This document shows positions 1-7,726 of a DNA stretch of 64,000 nucleotides, piece after piece. The stretch lies in the NCBI GenBank assembly GCA_003518055.1, contig DOZJ01000006.1, positions 201,631-265,630 on the forward strand. Reading direction: 5' to 3'. Position 1 is the stretch's first letter. The number at the start of each line of letters is the position of its first letter. Source of the DNA: Candidatus Falkowbacteria bacterium (GTDB taxonomy: Bacteria > Patescibacteriota > Patescibacteriia > UBA11705). Made by a program: the position numbers and the translations under genes. The notes under the pieces are model-generated. The model was not told where the DNA came from. It searched no databases and saw only the letters and a list, made by a program, of their open reading frames with translations.

Positions 1-3
1 GTC

Positions 4-276
4 ATGAATAATATAGATGAAAAAATAAAAATATATATTGATTTTGATATCGCCGGACATGAGGGACGGTATGTTTTTAGTCTGGATGGGATTGGTGAGG
101 TGCCGTTTGAAATGTATCACAAATTGGGTGATCAGCTTGGATTCGGCTGGACGATTGAACATCGCGGTACCAGTTTGGAGATATTTAATGAGATGGAGGG
201 TTATCGGGATGATAATTTTATTTGTAATTGTATTAATAAAATAATCGGCGAAGAGTTTGTCTTTGAGGCTATTTAG
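4..276 (+). CDS. hypothetical protein (90 aa)
   Basis: Intact ORF followed by a hairpin plus T-run terminator at 305-329. No recognisable motif. Confidence 0.4.
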   Translation: MNNIDEKIKIYIDFDIAGHEGRYVFSLDGIGEVPFEMYHKLGDQLGFGWTIEHRGTSLEIFNEMEGYRDDNFICNCINKIIGEEFVFEAI

Positions 277-304
277 TGATAATTGATCGAGAAGAAAAAG
301 AAAA

Positions 305-329
305 AGACCGATTGGGGTCTGTTTTTTTA
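305..329 (+). terminator. rho-independent terminator (AGACCGattggGGTCT + T7)
   Basis: Perfect 6-bp stem followed by TTTTTTT immediately after the stop of the 4-276 ORF. Confidence 0.6.
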
Positions 330-430
330 TTAGTTAATGATTTTGTAAAATTTAGGTTAATATTTTTTTACCCGGGTCGGCATGATATTTTTAGTTTAAT
401 TTATGACAAAATTGTTGGGGATAACTTTGG

Positions 431-459
431 TTGACCGGGTATGGTTAGCGGTATATAAT
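431..459 (+). promoter_or_regulatory. sigma70-like promoter of the mraZ operon (TTGACC-N17-TATAAT)
   Basis: TTGACC at 431-436 and TATAAT at 454-459 with a 17-nt spacer, ~150 nt upstream of mraZ. Confidence 0.6.
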
Positions 460-477
460 GGGGTTGTAAGGTGTTAC

Positions 478-497
478 GTGGGGAAATGTGGGGAAAT
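478..497 (+). promoter_or_regulatory. putative MraZ operator: tandem GTGGGGAAAT x2
   Basis: Direct 10-bp repeats containing the GTGGG core immediately downstream of the -10. MraZ is known to bind tandem GTGGG-type repeats in its own promoter. Confidence 0.5.
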
Positions 498-606
498 TGT
501 TTAACCAGGTGTTAAATGATTGCCCCGCTTTTAATACAGCAAGTTTGAAGATTTAAGAGAATGAGTAATTGAGAGAATTAAGTTTTAAACTTGTTGATAA
601 ATAATT

Positions 607-1038
607 ATGTTCATCGGCGAATACACACATTCAATTGATGAAAAAGGTCGTTTGGCGATTCCAGTAAAGTTTCGAGCCAAATTGCTAAAAGGGGCAGTTG
701 TCACACGCGGTTTAGACAACTGTTTGTTTTTGTATAGTAAGGATGAGTGGAGTAAGTTGGCGGAAAAGTTGGTTCAGCTGCCAATCAGCCAAGCTAATAC
801 ACGCGCGTTCTCACGTCTGATGCTCGCCGGAGCCATGGACGTGGATTTGGATAAACAGGGAAGGATCACCTTGCCTGATTATCTAAGAAAATTTGGTACA
901 TTAAAGAAAAAGGTCGTGGTCGCCGGATTGTATAATCGGTTGGAAATCTGGGATGAAAAAGCTTGGAGCGAATATAATCAGGTGACCCAAAAAGACGCTA
1001 ATAATATCGCCGAAAAACTCGGCGAGTTGGGAGTTTGA
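607..1038 (+). CDS. mraZ: transcriptional regulator MraZ
   Basis: 143 aa with two tandem MraZ/SpoVT-AbrB-like halves (DEKGRLAIP, DKQGRITLP). Directly precedes rsmH. Confidence 0.9.
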   Translation: MFIGEYTHSIDEKGRLAIPVKFRAKLLKGAVVTRGLDNCLFLYSKDEWSKLAEKLVQLPISQANTRAFSRLMLAGAMDVDLDKQGRITLPDYLRKFGTLKKKVVVAGLYNRLEIWDEKAWSEYNQVTQKDANNIAEKLGELGV

Positions 1039-1042
1039 GATT

Positions 1043-1972
1043 ATGACTATACATGATCCGGTTTTATTAAACGAAGTTATAGAAATCTTAAATCCTGAAG
1101 CCAATCAGGATTTTATTGACGGAACGCTCGGCGGCGGCGGGCACGCGGAAAAGATTGTTGAACGGATTTTGCCTTCAGGCCGGTTGTTGGGCTTTGATTG
1201 GGACGGTGGCGCGGTTTCAGCGGTTAAGGAGCGGCTGAATAATTATAAAAAAAATGTTGTTTTGATCAATGATAGCTACATTACAATAAAGAAACATGCT
1301 TATGAAAACGGATTTGATGCAGTTGACGGTATTCTCCTTGATTTGGGCTTATCACTGGATCAGCTCAAAACCTCTGGTCGAGGCTTTACCTTTGAGAAGG
1401 ACGAGCCGCTAGACATGAGATATTCCCTTGAAGGGGAAATGATGGCGGCGGATATTATCAACACATATTCACAGCGCGAGTTGGAGTCAATTTTTCGAGA
1501 ATATGGTGAGGAGAAGCAGGCGGGAGCAATCGCCAAAGCGATTATTCAACAGAGAGGAGAGACACGAATTACCAGAACCGGTGAGTTGGTTGAATTGGTG
1601 AAGGCGGTAAAAGGGGTAAATCCAAGATTGAGAACCAATCCGGCGACAAAGGTTTTTCAGGCTTTGCGAATTGAAGTTAACCGTGAGTTTGATAATGTGA
1701 GGTTTGTAATTAGTGAGGCGATAGATTTGTTGAAGTCTGGCGGCCGGTTAGCAATAATCACGTTTCATTCGCTCGAAGACGCAATCGTGAAAGATTGTTT
1801 CAAGGCCGAAAGCGCCGGCTGTGTTTGTCCCAAGGAACTGCCGGTATGTGTGTGTCATCACGAGGCCAGAGTCAAATTGGTGACCAAAAAACCAATGGTC
1901 CCGAGTGAAGCAGAATTGAACCGAAATAGACGATCCAGATCGGCAAAGCTGCGAGTGGTGGAAAAACTTTGA
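1043..1972 (+). CDS. rsmH: 16S rRNA (cytosine1402-N4)-methyltransferase RsmH (MraW)
   Basis: 309 aa with a GTLGGGGHA SAM-binding motif and FHSLED motif, placed in the conserved mraZ-rsmH pair. C-terminal CxCP..PxCxC insertion. Confidence 0.9.
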   Translation: MTIHDPVLLNEVIEILNPEANQDFIDGTLGGGGHAEKIVERILPSGRLLGFDWDGGAVSAVKERLNNYKKNVVLINDSYITIKKHAYENGFDAVDGILLDLGLSLDQLKTSGRGFTFEKDEPLDMRYSLEGEMMAADIINTYSQRELESIFREYGEEKQAGAIAKAIIQQRGETRITRTGELVELVKAVKGVNPRLRTNPATKVFQALRIEVNREFDNVRFVISEAIDLLKSGGRLAIITFHSLEDAIVKDCFKAESAGCVCPKELPVCVCHHEARVKLVTKKPMVPSEAELNRNRRSRSAKLRVVEKL

Positions 1973-1995
1973 GTGGAAATTTTAAGGTGAAATAT

Positions 1996-2148
1996 ATGTC
2001 AGCGATAAAAATACAACGGCAGAAATGCGAAGTTTATACCAGGGTTGTCGGATATCTCAGTCCGGTGCACCGCTGGAATAGGGGTAAACAGCAGGAGTTC
2101 CGTGATCGGCGGATGTTTGATGCTAGGCAGATCGAAATTCGAGGGTGA
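1996..2148 (+). CDS. small ORF (50 aa) resembling the NrdD C-terminal glycyl-radical domain
   Basis: AAGGTG Shine-Dalgarno 7 nt before the ATG. The peptide EVYTRVVGYLSPVHRWNRGKQQEFRDRRMF matches the class III RNR (NrdD) C-terminal signature TRRVCGYLGSP...NAGKQEEVKRRVKH, with the radical-site RVxGY motif conserved. Below the 60-aa cutoff of the ORF track. Confidence 0.4.
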   Translation: MSAIKIQRQKCEVYTRVVGYLSPVHRWNRGKQQEFRDRRMFDARQIEIRG

Positions 2149-2207
2149 AATATTAAAACGATTTTGATGAAAATACTTTTCGTTTAAATAAAAATAAAAA
2201 TAAAAAC

Positions 2208-2567
2208 ATGACCCGCTATTCAACCTCAATGAAGTCGAAAATGGCTAAGAATCAAAGCCGGAAGCAGATAAGTTTATTTAAATTATTCAAATCAAAATTG
2301 ATCGGAGCTTTGATTGTCGTGGTGGTTTTGGCTTCAGCCCTGCTATATCTTTTTGAAATAAACAATATGGCGGTAACCGGTTATCAAATAAGAGAGTTGG
2401 AAAAGCAAGTCGCGGCAGTGAAGGCGGAAAACGAACATCTTGAATTGAAAACGGTTGAGTTGCAGTCGATGAAACATTTGCGCGAACGCGTGGGTGAGTA
2501 TAATTTTGTGGAGGCAGCTCAGATCAATTATGTTTCATGGCATGATACGTCGTTTGTACAGCGGTAA
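2208..2567 (+). CDS. ftsL: cell division protein FtsL/DivIC-like (single TM plus coiled coil)
   Basis: 119 aa with a basic N-terminus, one TM helix and a leucine-zipper-like coiled coil. Sits after rsmH in the dcw position. Confidence 0.6.
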   Translation: MTRYSTSMKSKMAKNQSRKQISLFKLFKSKLIGALIVVVVLASALLYLFEINNMAVTGYQIRELEKQVAAVKAENEHLELKTVELQSMKHLRERVGEYNFVEAAQINYVSWHDTSFVQR

Positions 2568-2866
2568 ATCGGGGTGAAATTCAAGGCTAAAGTTTACAGT
2601 GATTGCCGGTCGGTATTTGGCGGAAACACGATTCCCGCTAAAAGCTGACCGATAATGAAAGAAATTGTTTGTTCTTTCTATTTTACGAAAAGACCATGGC
2701 TCATTTGCCGTGGTTTTTTCGTTGTATAATGCGATTATTAATGTGAAAATTATAAACAGACCGAAAAATGGTTGGAACAAGGTTTTTTTTGTGCTATTAT
2801 GGCATTAGATTAGGTTGTTAACTTAACTAATTTCAGTTGGGTAATTAACCATAGACCATAAATAAA

Positions 2867-3904
2867 ATGTTTGGATTTTTCAAAACAAAAATTAAGGTGG
2901 CCATCGTAGCTCCGCCATTTGGTGATACAGGCGGTCCGGAAGTGGTGGCGCAAATTTTGGCTGAATCCTTGCTGGATTTGGGCGTTGAGGTGACTCTTTT
3001 TGCTCCCGCTGACTGGAAAACCAAAGCAGCGCATATTCCGACGTTGGACAAAAGTATTTGGAATATGATAAATCTCAAGGGGATGGATAGCGGAATTCTA
3101 AGAAATTTTGTGACGGCCAGTCAGGTAAAAATCATTGATTATCAAGATGATTTTGACATAATCCATTTGCATTCGCAGACATATGCCTACGCTATCGCCA
3201 AAAATCTGCGAAAACCATGTGTTTTGTCGCTGCACAACCGGTTTACCAGAGGATTTTTGAAGCAAATAAAACAAGCTGGAATATACCCGGTCGCCTTGTC
3301 GAGATCGCAAAGAGGTCAACAAAGAGTTTCGGCGGTGATTATGAACGGAGTGCCGACAGCGGATATCACATATTCAGTTGAGCGTGGGCAGTATTTGATT
3401 TTTGTTGGTCGTTTGACCGACCAGAAGGGGGTTGATACAGCAATTCAGATTGCGTTGAAAGCAAAAAAGAAATTGTTGATTTTTGGCCGGATTGGTAATT
3501 CGGAAAAGCGCCAAAGATTTTATCAGAAAAAAATTGCGCCATATTTGAATAAAAGGGTTATTTATAAGGGTGAGGTTGGGCATAATGAAATTTATGAATA
3601 TTTGCGCGGGGCGGAAGCATTGCTTTTCCCAATTAGACGACCTGAGGTGTGTCCGATGGTGATGGCGGAGGCGTGGGCGTGTGGTACGCCGGTTATTGGG
3701 AGCAAAGTTGATCCTTTGCCCGAGATGGTTAAAAATAAAAAAGTTGCTTTTTTGTCTGATAATTTTAATGATTTGGTAGCGGCGGTAAAGAATCTTGATC
3801 AATTTGACCGGCTGGAATGTCGAAACTACGCTGAAACTTATTTTGATAGCAAAGTAATGGCGGGGAGATATTTGGAGTTGTATAAAAAGATTTTGAAGAA
3901 ATAA
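2867..3904 (+). CDS. glycosyltransferase family 4 (GT-B, EX7E motif)
   Basis: 345 aa with a typical GT4 C-terminal domain (EVCPMVMAEAWACGTPVIGSKVDPLPEMV). Confidence 0.75.
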   Translation: MFGFFKTKIKVAIVAPPFGDTGGPEVVAQILAESLLDLGVEVTLFAPADWKTKAAHIPTLDKSIWNMINLKGMDSGILRNFVTASQVKIIDYQDDFDIIHLHSQTYAYAIAKNLRKPCVLSLHNRFTRGFLKQIKQAGIYPVALSRSQRGQQRVSAVIMNGVPTADITYSVERGQYLIFVGRLTDQKGVDTAIQIALKAKKKLLIFGRIGNSEKRQRFYQKKIAPYLNKRVIYKGEVGHNEIYEYLRGAEALLFPIRRPEVCPMVMAEAWACGTPVIGSKVDPLPEMVKNKKVAFLSDNFNDLVAAVKNLDQFDRLECRNYAETYFDSKVMAGRYLELYKKILKK

Positions 3905-3909
3905 TTAAT

Positions 3910-5076
3910 ATGTCTTATAGACGATTGAAACAATCAAAATCATCAAAGGCGCGGCGAGGTCAGCTGACAACGCGACGCGGAGTATTGGAAACGCCGTTTT
4001 TTATGCCGATCGCGACCAAAGCAGCGGTTAAAAGTTTGACTTATGAAGATTTGCAAGCGCTCGAGGCGCAAATTGTGCTCAGCAATACATATCATTTGAT
4101 GCTCAAGCCGGGAAATTCATTGATAAAAAAAGTTGGAGGATTGCATCACTTTATGAATTGGGATAAACCGATTTTAACCGATAGCGGCGGTTTTCAGGTG
4201 TTTTCATTATCCAAAATCAGAAAGATTACCGAAGAAGGGGTTGAATTTCGGTCACACATTGATGGCAGCAAACACTTTATAAAACCGGAAGATTCAATTC
4301 AGATTCAGTTGGATTTGGGGTCGGATATTGTCATGGCTTTTGATGAATGTGTGGAATTGCCGGCGAAAAAAGAATATCTGGAGAAATCCGTGGAGTTGAC
4401 AACGAGATGGGCGAAGCGGTGTCAAGAGTATTTCGTTTCAAATTTACGAAAGGTTACGAATAATACGAAAACAAGACAGCCATTATTGTTTGGGATTGTG
4501 CAGGGAGGGTTGGATAAGGGGTTGCGCAAAAAAAGTGCTCAGGATTTGGTGAGTATTGGTTTCGACGGTTATGCGATTGGAGGCTTGTCCGTGGGAGAGT
4601 CGGAAAAAGAAATGTATAAAGTGTTGGATTATATCACTGATGAATTACCGGAAGATAAGCCCAGATACCTCATGGGTGTTGGCCGACCGGAAAACATCAT
4701 AAACGCGGTTAAAAGAGGTGTGGATATGTTTGATTGCGTGATTCCGACCAGAGAGGCGAGGCATGGGCGGCTCTACCTGTGGCGTGATGGGTTACGAAAT
4801 TACAAAAGGTTGCGAAAGGTTACAAAAACTAAACAGCTAAATATTTTAAATAATCCGAAGAGTTGTTATAAAACAATCAACATCACGTCGGAAAAGTATT
4901 CAAAGAAGTTTGAGCCGATAAACGCGGAATCGAAATTTCCGGTGTTGAGGAATTATACCAAAGCGTATTTGAGGCACTTGTTTTCTGTTAACGAACCTTT
5001 GGCCATCAGATTGGCGACTTTGAACAATTTGGAGTTTTATTTGGGATTGATGGAGAAAATTAGGCGGGCGATATAA
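3910..5076 (+). CDS. tgt: queuine tRNA-ribosyltransferase Tgt (divergent, zinc-site cysteines absent)
   Basis: TIM-barrel Tgt motifs are present (LTDSGGFQV, FDCVIPTR, GVGRPE). The region that normally carries CxCxxC is replaced by a lysine-rich insertion, and a second small insertion lies at 4441-4470. Confidence 0.85.
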   Translation: MSYRRLKQSKSSKARRGQLTTRRGVLETPFFMPIATKAAVKSLTYEDLQALEAQIVLSNTYHLMLKPGNSLIKKVGGLHHFMNWDKPILTDSGGFQVFSLSKIRKITEEGVEFRSHIDGSKHFIKPEDSIQIQLDLGSDIVMAFDECVELPAKKEYLEKSVELTTRWAKRCQEYFVSNLRKVTNNTKTRQPLLFGIVQGGLDKGLRKKSAQDLVSIGFDGYAIGGLSVGESEKEMYKVLDYITDELPEDKPRYLMGVGRPENIINAVKRGVDMFDCVIPTREARHGRLYLWRDGLRNYKRLRKVTKTKQLNILNNPKSCYKTINITSEKYSKKFEPINAESKFPVLRNYTKAYLRHLFSVNEPLAIRLATLNNLEFYLGLMEKIRRAI

Positions 5077-5143
5077 GGGGTGTTTGGAGAACAACGATTT
5101 TTGCGATGAAGGCGAATTTTGAAACAGGGTGGAGGTTTCTTCG

Positions 5144-5313
5144 TTTGACAGTTGACGGAGGCTGTCACGCCTGCCTGCCGGCAGGCAGGGCGCTACTTCG
5201 TACGCCTCGCAGCAAGAAAGAGAGGATTTTTTGCGAGGAAGGTACGACGAAGCAAACTACGATTGGCTGCTAATGGAGGCTGCTGCGTCGGTACTGCGTA
5301 CTCCTCGCAGCAA
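5144..5313. repeat. repeat family R1 (two units plus spacer; the first unit carries the R2 palindrome) upstream of the GIY-YIG gene
   Basis: Consensus unit TTGACAGCTAA(T/C)GGAGGCTGC(C/T)GCGTCGTTACTGCGTACTCCTCGCAGCAA. Units lie at 5144-5216 and 5265-5313, joined by the spacer TTTGCGAGGA(A)GGTACGACGAAGCAAACTACGA. Confidence 0.8.
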
Positions 5314-5326
5314 CAAACGTTTATCT

Positions 5327-5647
5327 ATGGGAGGGTTTGTATATATAATAACAAATAAATATAACACAGCTTTGTATGTAGGATCGGCAACTGATCTGCT
5401 GTTTAGAATTCAACAGCATAAGAACAAGGCATATAAGAGTTCATTTTCGGCTAGATATAATATTTCAAAATTGGTTTATTTTGAATGTTTTAATAGCAGA
5501 TATGAGGCATATCAACGAGAATATCAAATAAAGTCAGGATCAAGGGCTAAAAAGATTGCGTTAATAATAAAAGCGAATCCAGATTTTGATGATCTTTATG
5601 ATGATATTGTTTTAAATGGGATTGAAAAAAGTATATATAATAAATAG
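5327..5647 (+). CDS. GIY-YIG nuclease superfamily protein (YhbQ/UPF0213-like, ~106 aa)
   Basis: GFVYIITNKYNTALYVGSATDLLFRIQQH matches the GIY-YIG core of the short stand-alone family. The ATG at 5327 was chosen because the upstream part of the listed ORF is repeat sequence. Confidence 0.7.
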   Translation: MGGFVYIITNKYNTALYVGSATDLLFRIQQHKNKAYKSSFSARYNISKLVYFECFNSRYEAYQREYQIKSGSRAKKIALIIKANPDFDDLYDDIVLNGIEKSIYNK

Positions 5648-5686
5648 TGTAGCGTGAATTACGGAGCTGGTTGGAGACTGCTAAGA

Positions 5687-5922
5687 TTGACAGCTAATGG
5701 AGGCTGCTTCGTCGTAACTGGGTTGATGTGGAGTTCGAAACCGGGTGGAGCTGCTACATCTGTCAGCTAACGGAGGCTGCCACGGCGTTACTGCGTACGC
5801 CTCGCAGCAAAAGAAAGAGATGATATTTGCGAGGAGGTACGACGAAGCAAACTACGAACAAGCTGCCGTGTTTGCCTACTGATGGAGGCTGCTTCGTCGT
5901 TACTACGTACTCCTCGCAGCAA
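5687..5922. repeat. repeat family R1 (three units plus spacer) downstream of the GIY-YIG gene
   Basis: Units at 5687-5720 (truncated), 5758-5810 and 5876-5922. The same spacer as upstream lies at 5826-5857. Confidence 0.8.
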
Positions 5923-5948
5923 TAAAAAGGGGTTATGTTCAAAATAAT

Positions 5949-6680
5949 ATGTCTGCAAGCGATGTTGTAAAAGAATTAAAAGCTTTAAAAGATCCGAAAA
6001 AAGCCAATAATTTGGCTTGGTTTTTTAAAACAGGGAAGGGTGAATACGGCGAAGGTGATAAGTTTCTGGGAATCGTGATGGGTGATTTGCGGCAAATAGC
6101 GAAAAAATATTGTGACTTGCCGTTAACTGAAGTTCAAAAATTGGTTGTTAATCCTTACCACGAAATAAGAATGGCCGCGTTGTTGGTTCTGGTTTATAAA
6201 GTTACGGATTTACAGAAATTACGAATATTACGAACACGAGAAATTGATTCTTTGAAACAAATTTACGATTTTTATTTGAAAAATACTAAATATATTAATA
6301 ATTGGGATTTGGTGGATGTGACAACGCCGCAAATCGTAGGGAATTATTTGGTCAATCGAGACCGGAAGATATTATACAAATTAGCCAAGTCAAAGAGCTT
6401 GTGGGAAAAAAGAATCGCTGTCTTGGCGACCTTTTCGTTTATTAAAAATAGGGATTTTCATGATGCCTTGAAAATAGCTGAAGTTTTACTTAATGATAAT
6501 CATGACTTGATTCATAAGGCGGTAGGATGGATGCTCCGGGAGGTGGGTAAACGAGATCCGGCGGAGGAAAGAGCTTTTCTTGATAAACATGGTTTAAATA
6601 TGCCGAGGACGATGTTGCGATATGCGATTGAAAAGTTTCCGGAGCCAATGAGACAGAAGTATTTGAAAAGAAAATCCTAA
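5949..6680 (+). CDS. DNA alkylation repair enzyme (AlkD/AlkC HEAT-like repeat family)
   Basis: 243 aa with N-terminal KANNLAWFFKTGKGEYGEGDKFLG and a HEAT-repeat architecture typical of PF08713. Confidence 0.7.
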   Translation: MSASDVVKELKALKDPKKANNLAWFFKTGKGEYGEGDKFLGIVMGDLRQIAKKYCDLPLTEVQKLVVNPYHEIRMAALLVLVYKVTDLQKLRILRTREIDSLKQIYDFYLKNTKYINNWDLVDVTTPQIVGNYLVNRDRKILYKLAKSKSLWEKRIAVLATFSFIKNRDFHDALKIAEVLLNDNHDLIHKAVGWMLREVGKRDPAEERAFLDKHGLNMPRTMLRYAIEKFPEPMRQKYLKRKS

Positions 6681-6749
6681 TAACATAGGGATCAATCTAA
6701 ATGATACGAATTAAAAAAAATTGACGTTGATTAGCGTCTGATTTTTTTA

Positions 6750-7049
6750 TCACGGATTACTGTTTTTAGAAGTCTTGTCGCCAGTTAGTAGTTGAAATTT
6801 TTGGAATTTTTTGTAAAATACGATATAGGTGGAGACGTAGTTCAACGTGAGGGAGAGGCAAAACCACAGCAGCGGAGAAATATTAAAGGTCAAGAGATGA
6901 TTAACCAGCCAGAGATAAAATAGATTGACTGTAAGCCAGCAAATGGCGTATGGCCATGTGGATATATAATCGAACGTCAAGTGGAAAATTTGTTCATAAT
7001 AAGCGTTGGTTTTGGTGGTCATGTTGATTCTCCTTTGGTGATGGTTCAC
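6750..7049 (-). CDS. hypothetical small membrane protein
   Basis: 99 aa with 2-3 predicted TM helices. AAAGGAG RBS upstream. Confidence 0.4.
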   Translation of the reverse strand: MNHHQRRINMTTKTNAYYEQIFHLTFDYISTWPYAICWLTVNLFYLWLVNHLLTFNISPLLWFCLSLTLNYVSTYIVFYKKFQKFQLLTGDKTSKNSNP

Positions 7050-7089
7050 GATATCATTTATTTATAATTTTGTCAATATTATTTGATTT

Positions 7090-7563
7090 ATGAAGATTAC
7101 TATTTGTTTGAGCATTTTATTCTATCCGGAGATGTTGGCGATAAAAGAAGCGCTTGAAAATTCTGGTCATGAAGTTTTGGTGCCGCCGAGCGAAGTGGCG
7201 GATGGCGAGGGAAAAATGATTCCGGTGGCTGAATATTACAAATTGCGGCACGCGGATGAAGTGGGTGAAGATTGGGTTTGGGAAAGAAAAAAAGAAGCCA
7301 TGAGATGGCATTTTGACAAGGTGGCGGCGGCGAACGCGGTGTTGATTTTGAATTTTGATAAACATGGCATAAAAAATTATATAGGCGCGAATACTTTACT
7401 TGAGATGGGGCTGGCGTTTCATTTGGGTAAACCGATATATTTGTGGAATCCGATACCGGAGGGAATGAGCTATTTGGAAGAAATTAAGGGGATGATGCCG
7501 GTGGTGATAAATAATGATTTAAGTAAAATAATCCTCCGCCAAAGGACGCCTGCCTGCCGGTAG
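7090..7563 (+). CDS. nucleoside 2-deoxyribosyltransferase-like protein (putative); 3' end supplied by the R2 palindromic element
   Basis: 157 aa. The central LILNFDKHG...GANTLLEMGLAFHLGKPIYLW resembles the Rossmann-like deoxyribosyltransferase/DUF4406 fold. The last 9 codons and the stop lie inside repeat R2. Confidence 0.4.
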   Translation: MKITICLSILFYPEMLAIKEALENSGHEVLVPPSEVADGEGKMIPVAEYYKLRHADEVGEDWVWERKKEAMRWHFDKVAAANAVLILNFDKHGIKNYIGANTLLEMGLAFHLGKPIYLWNPIPEGMSYLEEIKGMMPVVINNDLSKIILRQRTPACR

Positions 7564-7577
7564 GCAGGGACGCGTCC
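7544..7577. repeat. repeat family R2: palindrome GGACGCCTGCCTGCCGGTAGGCAGGGACGCGTCC
   Basis: Near-perfect 34-bp inverted repeat. The same core CCTGCCTGCCGG(C/T)AGGCAGG also occurs at 5170-5189, 20367-20399 and 43374-43416. Confidence 0.85.
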
Positions 7578-7726
7578 TCCGGCGCGGAATAGAAAGCGGC
7601 AATCCGAATAATCCGAATGAGAAATTTGAGTTTTGCGTTAATCAGATAAAATTACACTAGTTGACAAAGAAGCATATATAAGGTAATTTAAGGGAAGTAG
7701 CAACCACAACCTCAGGGAGGTGGCCG

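Noticed and set aside
1999-2229. 76-aa minus-strand ORF in the rsmH-ftsL spacer
   Set aside because: It has no RBS and overlaps the plus-strand NrdD-like micro-ORF, which has a good SD and a recognisable motif. Considered spurious.
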